Assembly (NCBI RefSeq): GCF_018977255.1
Contig: NW_024704743.1
Location: 85,686,001 to 85,750,000, forward strand
Source: Callorhinchus milii
Taxonomy: Eukaryota
Length of the DNA: 64,000 bases
Direction: 5' to 3'
The translations under genes were made by a program, and so were the position numbers. This document shows, piece after piece, positions 36,501-48,045 of this stretch (position 1 is its first letter; every line of letters begins with the position of its first letter). The notes under the pieces are model-generated. The model made no database searches. It was not told the origin of the DNA and was given only the letters and a program-made list of their open reading frames with translations.

Positions 36501-38055
36501 CACAAGATCATAAGAGAGGTTTGCATGAAGGAGGCCCTTCGGCCCATTTGATCTCATCCTTGCAGAAACCCACCCTACTGTTCTCCCATTATAGCATCAA
36601 GCTATGCTCAAAGGAATTCAGAGTCCTGACCTCAATCTCTTCCTGGTAACTGTTCCAGTTGCTAATTACCCTCTGGGTAATGAAATACTTCCTTGCGTCT
36701 GTTCTGAAATTGATCCTTACAACCATAAACCTACTTCCTCTTGTTCTCTTCTCTCGGGGCATCCAAAAGTATTGTTCTGAGTTTATTTTCTCAAACCCAC
36801 TTAAGATTGCTCTAGAAGATCTCCTCTGACAATACTTCCTTTCAAGATGACACTGAATGCTTCAACCATCTCCCTAAGGAGTCTGTTCCACAGATTGACT
36901 ATTGGCTCACTGAAATAGCATTTCTGTAGATTCATTCTAAATTTATCCCCCTTCCATACATATTATTTTCCTTCCATTCAAATAACAGATCCTTCCTAGA
37001 TTTTTTGTCCCCATGTGAAGTACTTTACATATCTCCAGATTGAATTTCATCTGCCGGTCTGCCCAATTCCCAAGTATGTTCAAATACTCCTGTAACTTAT
37101 CCTGTTCAGCTTTGCAATCTACCACCTTCATTAGCGTGGTGTCATCTGCAAACTTAACCACTGTGCTTGCGACTCCTAGTTGCAGATCATTTATAAAAAT
37201 ATTAAACAAATGAGGTCCCAAAACAGACACCTGTGGAACTCCACTGGTAACATTTCCCCAGTCTGATGACATTCCCTGTACCACCACTCTCTGGGTTCTT
37301 CCGGCCAACCAGTTACGTATCCATTGTAATATCTCTCCACTGATTTCCGCTTTCTTTATTTTCAGTACCAGCCTTTCAAGAGGAACTGTATCAAAGACCT
37401 TACTGAAATCCAGTTATACAAGCTCCCTTGTCACACCATCAAAGAAAATCAGTAAATGATTTGCAAGACCTCCCCTTCATGAACCCATATTGGCTATCAT
37501 TTATGATTTTATTTCTGTCAAGATGCTCCATGATTTTATCCTTAAAAAGAGTCTCCATAATTTTACCCACAATGGACGTCAAACTTACTGGTCTGTAGTT
37601 TCCTAGGTCACTTTTGTTACCTTTCTTAAAAATAGGAGTTACATCTGCCTTTCTCCAGTCCCCGGGTACCTCTCTAGTATCAGTGATTTCTGAAAGATTT
37701 GTGCCAGCGTTTCTGCAATTTACTCCCTTAGTTCCTTGAGGATCTTCAGATGCAATTTATCCGGCCCCTGAGATTTATTTACCTTAAGTTTTGCACAGCT
37801 GTTTGGCAACCATGCTGGTAATGATATGAATAATGTCACAATTTTCCTCTGAGACATACTTGAGTTTTCTTTCCAGATCAGATAGGTTACCCATTTCCTC
37901 TTTGGGAAAAACTGATACAAAAAACAATTTAGCACTATTGCAACCTATGTAGCATTATTTGTCATATCCTCTCCCGAATCTATCTTCAGTGGCCCTATTC
38001 CATCACTTGTTTTTCTTTTACTCTTAATGTAACTGAAAACCTTTTTGTAATTATC
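36501..38055 (-). mobile_element. CR1 LINE remnants with RT domain (two tandem pieces)
   Basis: rc encodes GNYRPVSLTSIVGK, LDFSKVFDTVP, QRVVV..SDW..VTSGVPQ.SVLGP.LFNIFINDL, KFADDT. CR1 3'UTR at ~36505-36560. Confidence 0.93.
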
Positions 38056-38317
38056 AGGTAAGAATTCCCAAAGCTCTTTACAACAAGCCAAATGACTATT
38101 TTGTAGGAGGCTGTTTGGGCGCAGCAAACACAACAAGCAATCATGAGAAGAATGGACAATTTAACTGGATTATTGTGGATCAGGGCATTGTTTTATAAGT
38201 GCAGGCAAGTATACTGTTTGTTTCACTGATGCTGTGTTAAACCAATGTCAGGAATGGAGAACCAAAATAAGGGGTATGAAGCAGTGCTGTCGTGAGGCAG
38301 CAAGATCTGCAAGATAT

Positions 38318-38389
38318 TTCCCTGGCCAGGAATCAAACCTGGGTCATGATAATTAAACTCCTGAATCCTAACCACCGCATCAGCAGGGA
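38318..38389 (-). pseudogene. Decayed tRNA-Glu-like copy (72 nt)
   Basis: rc TCCCTGCTGATGCGGTGGTTAGGATTCAGG...ACCCAGGTTTGATTCCTGGCCAGGGAA is collinear with vertebrate tRNA-Glu (TCCCTGGTGGTCTAGTGGTTAGGATTCGG...GGTTCGATTCCCGGTCAGGGAA). The anticodon arm is destroyed. Confidence 0.75.
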
Positions 38390-39609
38390 GCCGAAAGTTT
38401 CCTGAATATACTTTACACCTCAGGAGCCATTATCTATATTGCATGAAGTCAGTATTACAATTGCAGCTGGGTGAAAAACATGCCCTGTAATTTCAATGTG
38501 TTTCTAACAAAGTCTTTATTCACTCATTTGTGGATTCTGAAACAAACTTGATTAGATCAGAGATTAATCTACAGTCTTCTTTTGTGAAGAGCGACACTGA
38601 GAATATATTTGACATACTTGTGATGCATCTGCTCTTTCTGAATTCCCTCCCATACCATTTTGTATCCAACTTCAACTTCCTTACAGCACCCAATGTCTGA
38701 AAGGGAAATAAAATGGGCAATAGAGGTTTTCACTGAGTTAATTCACGTCAAATATATAGAGTCCGACCCTGTTAAAATGTGTCAGTCAGCATCCATAAAC
38801 AGAGGGCCTGTGTTCAATGCACAGAGTGCATTGTACTGGGCTGCTTGCTAGCAATTATGGTTGTTAGGATTCCTGCTGATCGCAGAGCTTCACCATGCAC
38901 AGAGATCCAGAGTGAACAGCGGAAGCTAGAACTACACCCACCTCAGTATGCTGCAGGTCTACGGTGTGCCCGCTTTATATTCCAACCCCACAGTATGCTG
39001 ACTGTACGTGATGTTCCTTCCAAAACTCAGGCTGCTTCATTTTGACAAACAGACAGAAACCAGTGCATCAGAACACAAACGACAGGCAAAATATGCCATT
39101 TAGACAGTCATTCCTATTAAGCAAATAATAGATTATTTGCTGGGGAATCATTAGTGCTAAAACAATTGCTCCTGTTCAATAATGGTCCATTGAACAAATC
39201 AAAGTGTCTGCAGTACAGTGTTCTCACATTCAGCTAGAAATAATCTGGGCAGCATTTTTGCTGCAGTATCCTTATTAAGTTTTTTTTCCTTGCAATCCTT
39301 TCTGTAATTTACATATCTCGAGCTGCAATATTCACATATTTGGCTACTTATCTTTTTTGACTTTCTCACATCACATTTTCAATTTACCTCATGAAGATTG
39401 CATCTCAGTGGCATATGTGATCTTTAAATTATCATTAGACGGTAGCCTGGGCAGCAAAGTTTTGACTGAGGAATGTAAATTTATTTCTTTGCTACGAAAT
39501 TCTATTATGTATATCTTAACATTTCTTTTACCAATAGAGTTAAACCACAAATAAAGACAAGAGCATTCAGCATGTAGAATCTTCCCTGAGCTTCTGCTCA
39601 GATCTTGCG

Positions 39610-40043
39610 TGTCAGTCTGACTCAGTTGGTAGCATTCTCACCTCTGAATCAGAAGGTTGTGTGTTCAAGTCCCATGTCAGGATTTTAAACTCATATAATC
39701 TGTGCTGACACTCCTAGGCAATCCTGGAGAAGTGTGCTGCATGGTAGGAGGTGCTGTCCATTCGACTACGGCATTAAACCAAGGTCTTGTCTGGCTGTTC
39801 AAGTAGATATTAAAGATCCCACGGCATTATTGAAAAAGAGAAAGGAGTTTTTTTCCAATGTCCCGGCCGATAATTCCCCCAAATAAAATTGTTCACCTGT
39901 TGCTGTTTGTGGAATGTTATTGTGAGTAAATTGCTTGTTGTGATCACCTATTAAATACAGTCACTACACTTTACAGTAAATCTTGTGAAACATTTTGAGG
40001 CATCCTTCTGATGCGAAAGGCACAATATCAAATGTGAGGATTT
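39610..40043 (+). mobile_element. Full-length Deu-domain SINE (family A)
   Basis: A/B boxes, GGAGGTGCTGTC...TTAAACCAAGG...TAAAGATCCCACGGCATTATTGAAAAAGAG, TGCTGTTTGTGG, shared tail. Confidence 0.88.
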
Positions 40044-40084
40044 AAAAAAATATTAAAAATATTAATCTCTGAAAAGGCTATCTC

Positions 40085-40450
40085 AGACTATTCCTTCATC
40101 TCCCTCATCTCCCATCTCCCTGACACTGCTGCCAAGTCCACCTCCATTTATTTCTGCCCTTAAAAACATCTTTATATCCCTGCCCCACCCACCCTACTAT
40201 CCTTACCAGGCATTCAGCCATTCTGCCTCCACTTTATAGAGCTCCATCCTGGAGTTCTTCTGACTCTCCCTCACCTCTTTCAAATGCACATTTGAAAACA
40301 ATCCTCTTTGTGCTTTTGGTCATCTTTCTCTTTCCAACCACACTTGGCTTCCAACCCGAGTTTGGGTGCCCAGCTAGCACATAAATGCATATTGGGTCGT
40401 TCTCCTGATGTGAAAGCCACTATATATAAATATGTAAATTGTATTGTACA
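40085..40450 (+). mobile_element. Decayed L2 3' fragment
   Basis: C-rich; GGCATTCAGCC...CTCCATCC...TGATGTGAAAGC tail. Confidence 0.6.
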
Positions 40451-40794
40451 ACAATGGGGTCTGGAATGTGATTAGTGATCTGAGACCCTATCCCACATGA
40501 AGGGAGCAATATAAATGCAAGTTGTTGTTGTCATGATATCCACAAATTGAGAGTTGCCAATTCTAACTTCCTGCTTGCGAATATTGGAATGTGAGATTCA
40601 TAAAAAGCTGAATTACAAATCTCAAACTGGAAAAACCCAAAGACAATGACAGGCTTACTACCCTCCAATCTATTTGGACTTTGCCAATTTGGGATTTGAG
40701 ATCCTGCATTTTGTAAATGTTCCTGAGCCAGTCTGATACTCATATGACTTATGCAGTCCACAGGGACAATAAATGTTGCTATATGTAAACCACA

Positions 40795-41715
40795 GTGAGA
40801 ATAGAGCCTTGGTCAGATCCCATCTGGAGTACTGCGTCCAGTTTTGGGCATTCCACTTTAGGAAGGATATAATGGCTCTGGGGGGCATGCAGAATAGCAC
40901 CAGAATTATACCAGGTCTTAAAGAGTTAAATTATGAGGACAATGTGGACTCTATTCCCTTGAGTTTAGAAGGTTGAGGGGGTGATCTGATTGAGGTTTTT
41001 AAAATATTAAAAGGATGTGATAGGGTAATTGCAGATAAACTATTTCCTTTGGTAGGGGAATACAAAACAAGGGGGCAATAACCTTAAAATTAGAGCTAGG
41101 CCATTTAGGAGTGAAATTAGGAGACAGCTTTTCACCCAAACGGTAGTGGAAATCTGGAACTCTCTCCCTCAAAAGGCTGTGGATGCAGGATCCATTCACA
41201 TTTTCAAGACAGAGGTAGCTAGATATTTGTTAGGTAAGGGTATTAAGGGTGGAGGGTGGAGTCCTGCAGCTCAGTTGTGGACTCCTGTAGCTCAGTGGTT
41301 GGAGCACTCGCTTTGCAAGGAGAGACCTGAGTTCAATTCCAGGCAGAGGGCGAAACCTTGTGCAAGTTTCCTTACTCCACTCGCCTAATAATAATCCCTC
41401 CAAAACCAAAAACAATAATAAATTGGTTATTTTCAATCTACTACTGTTTGTGGGACACTGCTGTGCGCAATTGGCTGCTGCGTTCACCCACAAATATACA
41501 GTCAATTCACTTTACAGTGTATTCTGTGAAGTGCTTTGGGACGTCCTCCCGACGTGAAAAGCGCTATATCAAATGCAAGGATTATTATTATTATTATTAA
41601 GGGATATGGGGTAAGGGCGGGTAACTGGATTGAGGTACAGATCAGCCATGATCTTATAAAATGGCGGAACAGGCTCGAGGGGCTGAATGACCTATTTCTG
41701 TTTCTATGTTTCTAT
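40795..41715 (+). mobile_element. CR1 3' fragment interrupted by a SINE
   Basis: RALVRSHLEYCVQFW...IPGLKELNYE..., WNSLPQKAVDAGS; resumes at ~41604 and ends in a (TTCTATGT)-type tail. Confidence 0.93.
41250..41600 (+). mobile_element. Young tRNA-SINE (family B) with target-site duplication
   Basis: TAGCTCAGTGG A box, GTTCAATTCC B box, (TTA)n tail; flanked by TATTAAGGG at 41241 and 41595. Confidence 0.95.
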
Positions 41716-42170
41716 ACAAATGAAATGCAATAACTTCAGGTTTCCATGTATCTAATTTTAACGATTTCAATGAGTTGTTGTAAAAAGTAATTATATGTTC
41801 CTGAAAACTGTAAAAAACACAATGTATCTGCATCGAATAATCAACGTACGATGCAACATAGATATCAACAAATATCGTATCGAATTTAGCATTCTTAAGG
41901 GGAATTAAGTGAAATAAATGAATCTATTAAACTGTGCTTTCCATGACACCTTGTGGTGAACAATGGTGCATTCAGCTGTGCATGTATTATAAGATTGTGA
42001 TAAACGATAAATGTGGTATTTAGCTCTGAATCTTTATCCTCTTTAAATGGATGTTTTTATGTCAAAGCCAAAAGTAGCAGTATAGGGACAAGGACAGCAG
42101 GGAGTGTGATCATGGTTTGACTTTGCCACTGATTACAATTCATTGTTCACCTAAATTCACCTAAATTCAT

Positions 42171-43060
42171 TGTTCAGACATCAAGTCCTGGATGAGTGCT
42201 AACTTTCTACAGTTAAATGTCAACAAGACTGAGGCTTTTGATTGGCTCCCATTAGCGTCTCCACGCCTCAGCCACTGACAGCATTACCTCCATGGATGCA
42301 CACTCCACCTTGCTAAGCCAGTCCAGAACCTTGGCATCTTGTTTGACCCTCAACTATCCTTTCTACCCCACATCTGTGCCATGGCCCACTCTGTCTTCCC
42401 CCACCTCTGCAACATTGCCCAGCTCCAACACTATCTCACACCGCAGGCGGCGGAGAACCTCATACATGCTTTCATAACATCCAGGCTTGACTACACAAAC
42501 TCCTTGCTAGTCGCCTCCCCAACTCAACCCTCCATAGGGTGCAAATCATCCAGAACTCTGCAGACATTGTCCTCTCCCGCATTAGGCTCTGTGACCCTAT
42601 CACCTCCATCCTCGCCCGACTCCACTGGCTACCCACCAAACAGAGGATACAGTTCAAGATCCTTGTCCTCATCTTCAAAGCCCTGCATGGCCTTGCTCCC
42701 CCTACCTCTGCGATGTTCTAAACCCCTACCAACCTGCCCACTCCCTCTGATCAGTGGGTTCCGGCCTGCTTCACATCCCCTTCTTGCCCGCCCTCCATTG
42801 GCGGGCGAGCCTTCAGCCAGTCTGCCCCCACCCTCTAGAATTCCATCCTGCAGCTCCTCCGCCTCGACACCTCCTTTGCCTCCTGCAAGACCTGTCTCAA
42901 GACCCTCCTCTTCGACTGTGCCTTTGGTCACCCTCCTTCCCCCCCTGCCCTCCACCTCCCCGATCCTGACCCCCAACTCGGATCTGAAATATTGATTGTC
43001 AGTGCCTTGGGACGTCCTCTCGATGTGAAAGGTACTATACAAATGTAATTTTGTTGTTGT
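42171..43060 (+). mobile_element. L2 3' fragment
   Basis: DIKSWM..NFLQLNVNKTE, FDPQLSF, FITSRLDY, LHWLP motifs; (TTG)n tail. Confidence 0.93.
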
Positions 43061-43498
43061 AAATAACTAACAGCTCCACGTCATGAGTCACAATTAGTGC
43101 GAAAAACAGAGAGATCGAAGAACAGACTTTTTATGTGTGGATCGCACTTCACAAATTTCTGGACAGCCACACGAAAAACAGGCTGTCTGCGCGTAATCAG
43201 GCAGGTAACAACCAAACTCTGATATGAAACGTTCTCCTTATTCTGCCTGTCCCCAGCAGCATTCCATTCATTTTCTTGTGTTGTTTGTCACGTTGGGATT
43301 TGATCCACTCTGCTGAGTCTAATTTGCGGGATTTGCAAAACAGATTTGGAGCGCTAATTGTGGCTTCCAGTTGCAGAACCCAAAGTTGTTTAATTTGTGA
43401 TATTCCCAAAATACTTTATTGCAATTTCCGAAAGCTGGCAATTGTGAGAAAAGGGCCAGAAAGCAATGGATGGTTCTCTTTGAACTTTTTTCACACTT

Positions 43499-43928
43499 TA
43501 ATAATCGTTATATCTGATATAACTCCTTATCACTTTGAACTATCTTAAAAGACATCACATAGCTCCTTTTCCTGCAAAGTGCAGTGACTGTGTATTTTTA
43601 GACAAATACGGTAGCCAATTTCCACACAGCAACATCTGACAATCAGCTCAGAGGTGAATGGTCAATTTAACAGGAGGACCGCTGGCCAGAACATCAGGAG
43701 AGACTCCCTTCTTTTTTCAAATAGTGATATAGGTTCTGTGTTTTTTTTGACCTGAAAAGACAGACTGGATCTCAGTTTAATATTTTATTGAAGGGATACC
43801 ATCTCCAATAGCAGTAAGCCCAACACAACACTGGAATGGTCATCTTACCACAAGCTCAAAGACTCGAGACTTGAAACCACAACCTTTTGACTCAGAGGCA
43901 AGAAATACCCACCTCAGCCACTCTGACA
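43499..43928 (-). mobile_element. Deu-domain SINE (family A), decayed full length
   Basis: rc head TGTCAGAGTGGCTGAGGTGG...CCTCTGAGTCAAAAGGTTGTGGTTTCAAGTC plus Deu body. Confidence 0.8.
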
Positions 43929-44574
43929 CTTTGCTAGGTTTTGAAAACTGCTATTAGTCATTTGGGAAATACTGTATCACTAATTGGACAACTTGCAATA
44001 TTTGCAAACAGAAGCCACAATTTATGCAAATAACCCAGCTAGAAAATGTTGCATCATTAACCTCATTGCGTTATCAGTGGCAATTATTGAAGCAGCTTCT
44101 TGTCAGTATTGTGGCATAATATGTTAAACATGTTATACAGTATATATATTGCTTCCCTATAGATAATACCAAAGATCATGCTTGTGATTCAGTCTTCTTG
44201 TTTATCTTACACTTCATAACAAAAATGAATGAATGGCTTCAGATAAACTTCAAACTGGTAGAAGGTTCCCCAATTTTCATCCTTTGTTTGCTTCTGAAGC
44301 CATTGACTCATACTGCGGCAGTTCCACAGATGCCAGTACTTTGCCAGTACTTGTGTTCAAATCACCACGTTGCTCCATTATCACTGTGTGTTATTGATGC
44401 AATGGGTTGACATAATTTTCTGTCAGTGTGTTGGTTCTGCTCACTGCACTACCACAGAAATACCCATTTCAAATTTCTGCCTCTAGATCTGGGATCCAAT
44501 TGTGGGCGCGCTATCCATCCAGAGAATCACAGCAAGCCCGTGGAAGCAATGTTGAAGTGTATAATAATATATAA

Positions 44575-44757
44575 AATAATAACTTGGTCACTCAATCCAC
44601 GACTGTTTGTGGGGCACTGCTATGCACAATTGGCTGCCGCATTTCGCTCACAAAAAAGCAGTCGATTCACTTTACAGTATATTCTGCAAAGCACTTTGAG
44701 ATGTCTAGAAGAAGCGATAAGGCGCTATATCAAATGCAAGGATTATCATTATTATTA
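44575..44757 (+). mobile_element. SINE family B 3' half
   Basis: TTGGTCACTCAATCCACGACTGTTTGTGGG...ATCAAATGCAAGGATTAT. Confidence 0.88.
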
Positions 44758-44769
44758 CAATCAAATCCC

Positions 44770-45110
44770 TACAAATCTCACTCCACCTTACCTTTCCAAA
44801 CCTTCTTCAGTCATACTGACCTGGCCACTCTATTCACTCAGCTGGTCTGCTTTATGTTCCTCACCCAATCCAATCCCATTATCATTGGGCTGGCTCCCAG
44901 CCATTCTACCTCCTCTCTCTGGAACTCCATCCTTGGGCTCTCTCTCTCTCTCTCTCTCTTATTGTTCAGGGCCCCTCTTTGACTATGCTTTTAGTCATTG
45001 TCCCCCTCCCCACTCTTCTCTAGGTTCCACCGCCAGCTCAGACAGCCAGCCAGTATCGTCAAGCACTTTGAGACATCCTCCTGACATGAAAGGTGTTATA
45101 TAATTATAAA
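44770..45110 (+). mobile_element. Decayed L2 3' fragment with (CT)n
   Basis: CTCTGGAACTCCATCC...CTCTTTGACTATGCTTTT...TGACATGAAAGG. Confidence 0.65.
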
Positions 45111-45257
45111 TTGCACTTTATCTGAATAGGCATTCACCCGCTTGTCAGTGCTGTCTTTGGTACTATTTTCCTGATGTAACAAAATCTCAAAAGGATTACA
45201 GTTGATGAAATGTACAACTTGGGAGCATAATGGATTTTGTACTCATTGATATAGATA

Positions 45258-45510
45258 TATTAATCCTTGCATTTGATGCAGTGTTTATAATGTCAAAACA
45301 TCTTAAAGCACATCACAGATAATTGCCAGATTTGTGGGTGAATACAACAGACAATCTGCACATGCAAAGTGAATAGCCAAGTTTATTTGGGAATTGTTGG
45401 CCAGGGTACAGTGAAAAACTACCTTCTCTTTTTGAATAATGTCATGGGATTTTTAATATCCACCTGCACAGGCTGATGATGCCCGGTACTCCACTGGAAA
45501 ATAACCCTAG
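45258..45510 (-). mobile_element. Deu-SINE 3' part
   Basis: Tail ATCCTTGCATTTGAT; rc CAGGTGGATATTAAAAATCCCATGACATTATTCAAAAAGAG. Confidence 0.75.
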
Positions 45511-45659
45511 TCTATGGATTTAACCTTTCTCCCCACCTCTCCCCAACCTTAGGAGCCAAAGTGAGCATGTTACCAAATGACACTTCATGTGGCAACAGTG
45601 CTCTGAGTTGTTATCCTGCATGAAAGGTGATTCTAACTGAAAATTGTTGATGTGAAGAA

Positions 45660-45885
45660 TGGGAGTCCTAAGAAACTTAATATTTTTCATTTTTGTACCC
45701 TGACACAGCATCAAGCATTTCCAGGTCAGGTTAGATAGAGGGAAAAATTCCTCCCTGCTCTGCCTAACCCCAAACTTTGAGGATCTTCCATTGTCCAGAC
45801 TGCCATTTGCATTTCCAACACCAGTCGTTGCATTGACTCTCTGAGCGAGATTGCCAATAGACTGAATTGTGGCCAGTTTTATGCA
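45660..45885 (-). mobile_element. Second LF-SINE-like fragment
   Basis: rc TTGGCAATCTCGCTCAGAGAGTCAA...TGGTGTTGG parallels 11890-11930. Confidence 0.4.
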
Positions 45886-46040
45886 GTGAGATCTTACGAA
45901 CTAGATTGAGTGTGCCCAAACTAATTTCACTTAGCACTACCTGGCAGAGATAAGAACTTTATTTGAAACCTTCACTTTTAATGGAAATGTTCAGTTACTT
46001 AATATATAGAAATGCAAAATACACAAAAAAATCATAGGAA

Positions 46041-46469
46041 CTTGACTAAGCAAACTCCCTACTTGTCGGCCTCCCTAACTCCTCCCTCTGTAGGCTGCAG
46101 ATCATCCAGAACTCTGCAGCCCGTATCCTCCAGGCTCTGCGACCCTATGACCCCCATCTTCACGTCCCTCTATCTTCACCGGCCTGCTTCACGTACTCCG
46201 CCTGGGGCAGACGGGCCTTAAGCCACTCTACCCCCACCCTCTGGAACTCCAGCCCGCAGTCACTCCGCCTCTCCCCCTCCCTTGCCTCCTCCAAGACATG
46301 TCTCAAGACCTTCCTCTTCAACCGTGCATTTGGTTACCTTCCTTCCCCCCCTGACTTCCACCCTCCCTGATCCTGACCCCCAGCTCGGGTCTGAAACACT
46401 GATTGTACAGCACCTTGGGATGTCCTCCCGATGTGAAAGGAGCTATACAAATGTAATTTTGTTGTTGTT
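46041..46469 (+). mobile_element. L2 3' fragment with internal deletions
   Basis: Similar to 42485-43060; (TTG)n tail. Confidence 0.9.
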
Positions 46470-47697
46470 CTCTACCGCTGTGTTTGTGTTGCTGGAAATA
46501 AATTCTTCTAGTTCTAGAATTACAAATATAGTGAAATTATGCAAGAAGCCGGGGATTCACTCTTATTTTTCATTGCGTTAGGGCCTTGAAAAATTAAAGG
46601 TTTCATTTTGGACATCTGCACAAGTGTAGTGTATAGTGTAGTTCTTTTAATTTTATTGCAGAACTGGTCTTCAACAACATTAAAAAACAATCCCTTGAAA
46701 CTTCTCAAGTGAACTTGAGACCTTCCAGTGGAGCATGACGAAGCAAGCTCAGCCTGCAAGTGAATGGGAATAATGGTGGGAACTGAACTGCTCCCGAAAC
46801 CATCTTCTTCAAGTGAAGTCAGACTTGGGTCTCCTGCATGATTTGTGTTAGCCCAACCTATCTCCTTTTGCTCCTTCTCTGGCCCCACACAGACCCCACT
46901 ATCGTAGATTCCAGCCCGGCAACTCATTCGATCTCCAGGGAGAAAAGTGCTACATAAAAGCTCCCTAATTCCAAAAGGTAATCAGGGTAAAAGTTTTGAA
47001 TATTCATCTGTCCTGACATCTGTTTTGATCCTGACCTGTGTCCCTCCACAGATAAAATTCCCCTCTCCTCCTTCCTGCGATCCAGCAGCACAGAGTTGAT
47101 TGTGTCCATGACAATGTGTTGTATTCAGTCCACACCCATTCTTACATCTGCCACTTCTCTTCTCAAGATGATAGTTAAATATTGTTTTTGAGCAAGCTTT
47201 TCGACAAAATGTCAGCTTTGTTCTATTTCACTTGGAGTGTTTTTTTCAGGCTTGGAGTTATGGTACATGGAGCAGTGTAGCATTTGCCTGGAGCTAACAC
47301 GTGTGATTCTAACTGGAGACTGTCCAGTAATGCAGCTATTGCTGGGAAGCAGTGCCAGGTTTTAAAGCTCTCTGCTGAATTCAGCTGCTGGTATTTAATG
47401 GATCCTGGAGCTGCTCTCCATGGTACAACATAATATGCGATCCAAAGCACAGCGAGTGACTTTTTAAAATCAGCATTGTACTTGAAATGGAATGGTGTAT
47501 TCGTGTAACCACCTTTCTTTTTTGTAATAGGCGCTAAGGTCATTGGGCTCTGGGAGCAACCAAGTACTGTGATATATTACATTAATTATTACTAGCAAAT
47601 AATACAATTTGATTCTTATCTATTTCATATCTATATACTATGCAGAAAAAAGAGAAGGTGGTTTCACTATTACATAGGAACCTTCCTCTTGTACCAA

Positions 47698-48045
47698 TGG
47701 AGTACTGTAGCATATTGGATAGAGCACTTGCCTCATAAGCGAGACGACCCGGGTTCGAAACCTTAGGCGAGTTTCCTTATTCCACACACCTTTGTTTACT
47801 TAGCAGTAAGTAAGAACATGGTTGTTAGTCAATTGGTAGATCGCTTTCCAGGGGTAATAATCCCTTAAAAAAATAATATTAATTATGTCACTAAATCCAC
47901 GACTGTGGGACATAGCTGTGTGCAATTGATGTTTTGTCAATTTATTGTCAGTCAATTCACTTTACGGTATATTCTGTGAAACTCTTTGAGATGCCTCAAT
48001 GATGTGATAAGGCGTATGTCAAATGTAAGAATTATTATTATTATT
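47698..48045 (+). mobile_element. Full-length SINE family B
   Basis: TGGAGTACTGTAGC head, GGTTCGAAACC B box, CORE-like middle, (TTA)n tail. Confidence 0.88.

Noticed and set aside
41278..41345. SINE head as a functional tRNA gene (TGC anticodon-like loop)
   Set aside because: It lacks a proper acceptor stem and is attached to a SINE body and tail with a TSD.
44426..45103. 225-aa ORF
   Set aside because: It runs through a SINE tail and an L2 remnant (HCYAQLAAAF and RRYIKCKDY are SINE translations seen repeatedly).
46520..47109. 135-aa and 61-aa minus-strand ORFs in non-repeat sequence
   Set aside because: No recognisable domain or convincing splice structure, so I cannot support them as a gene.
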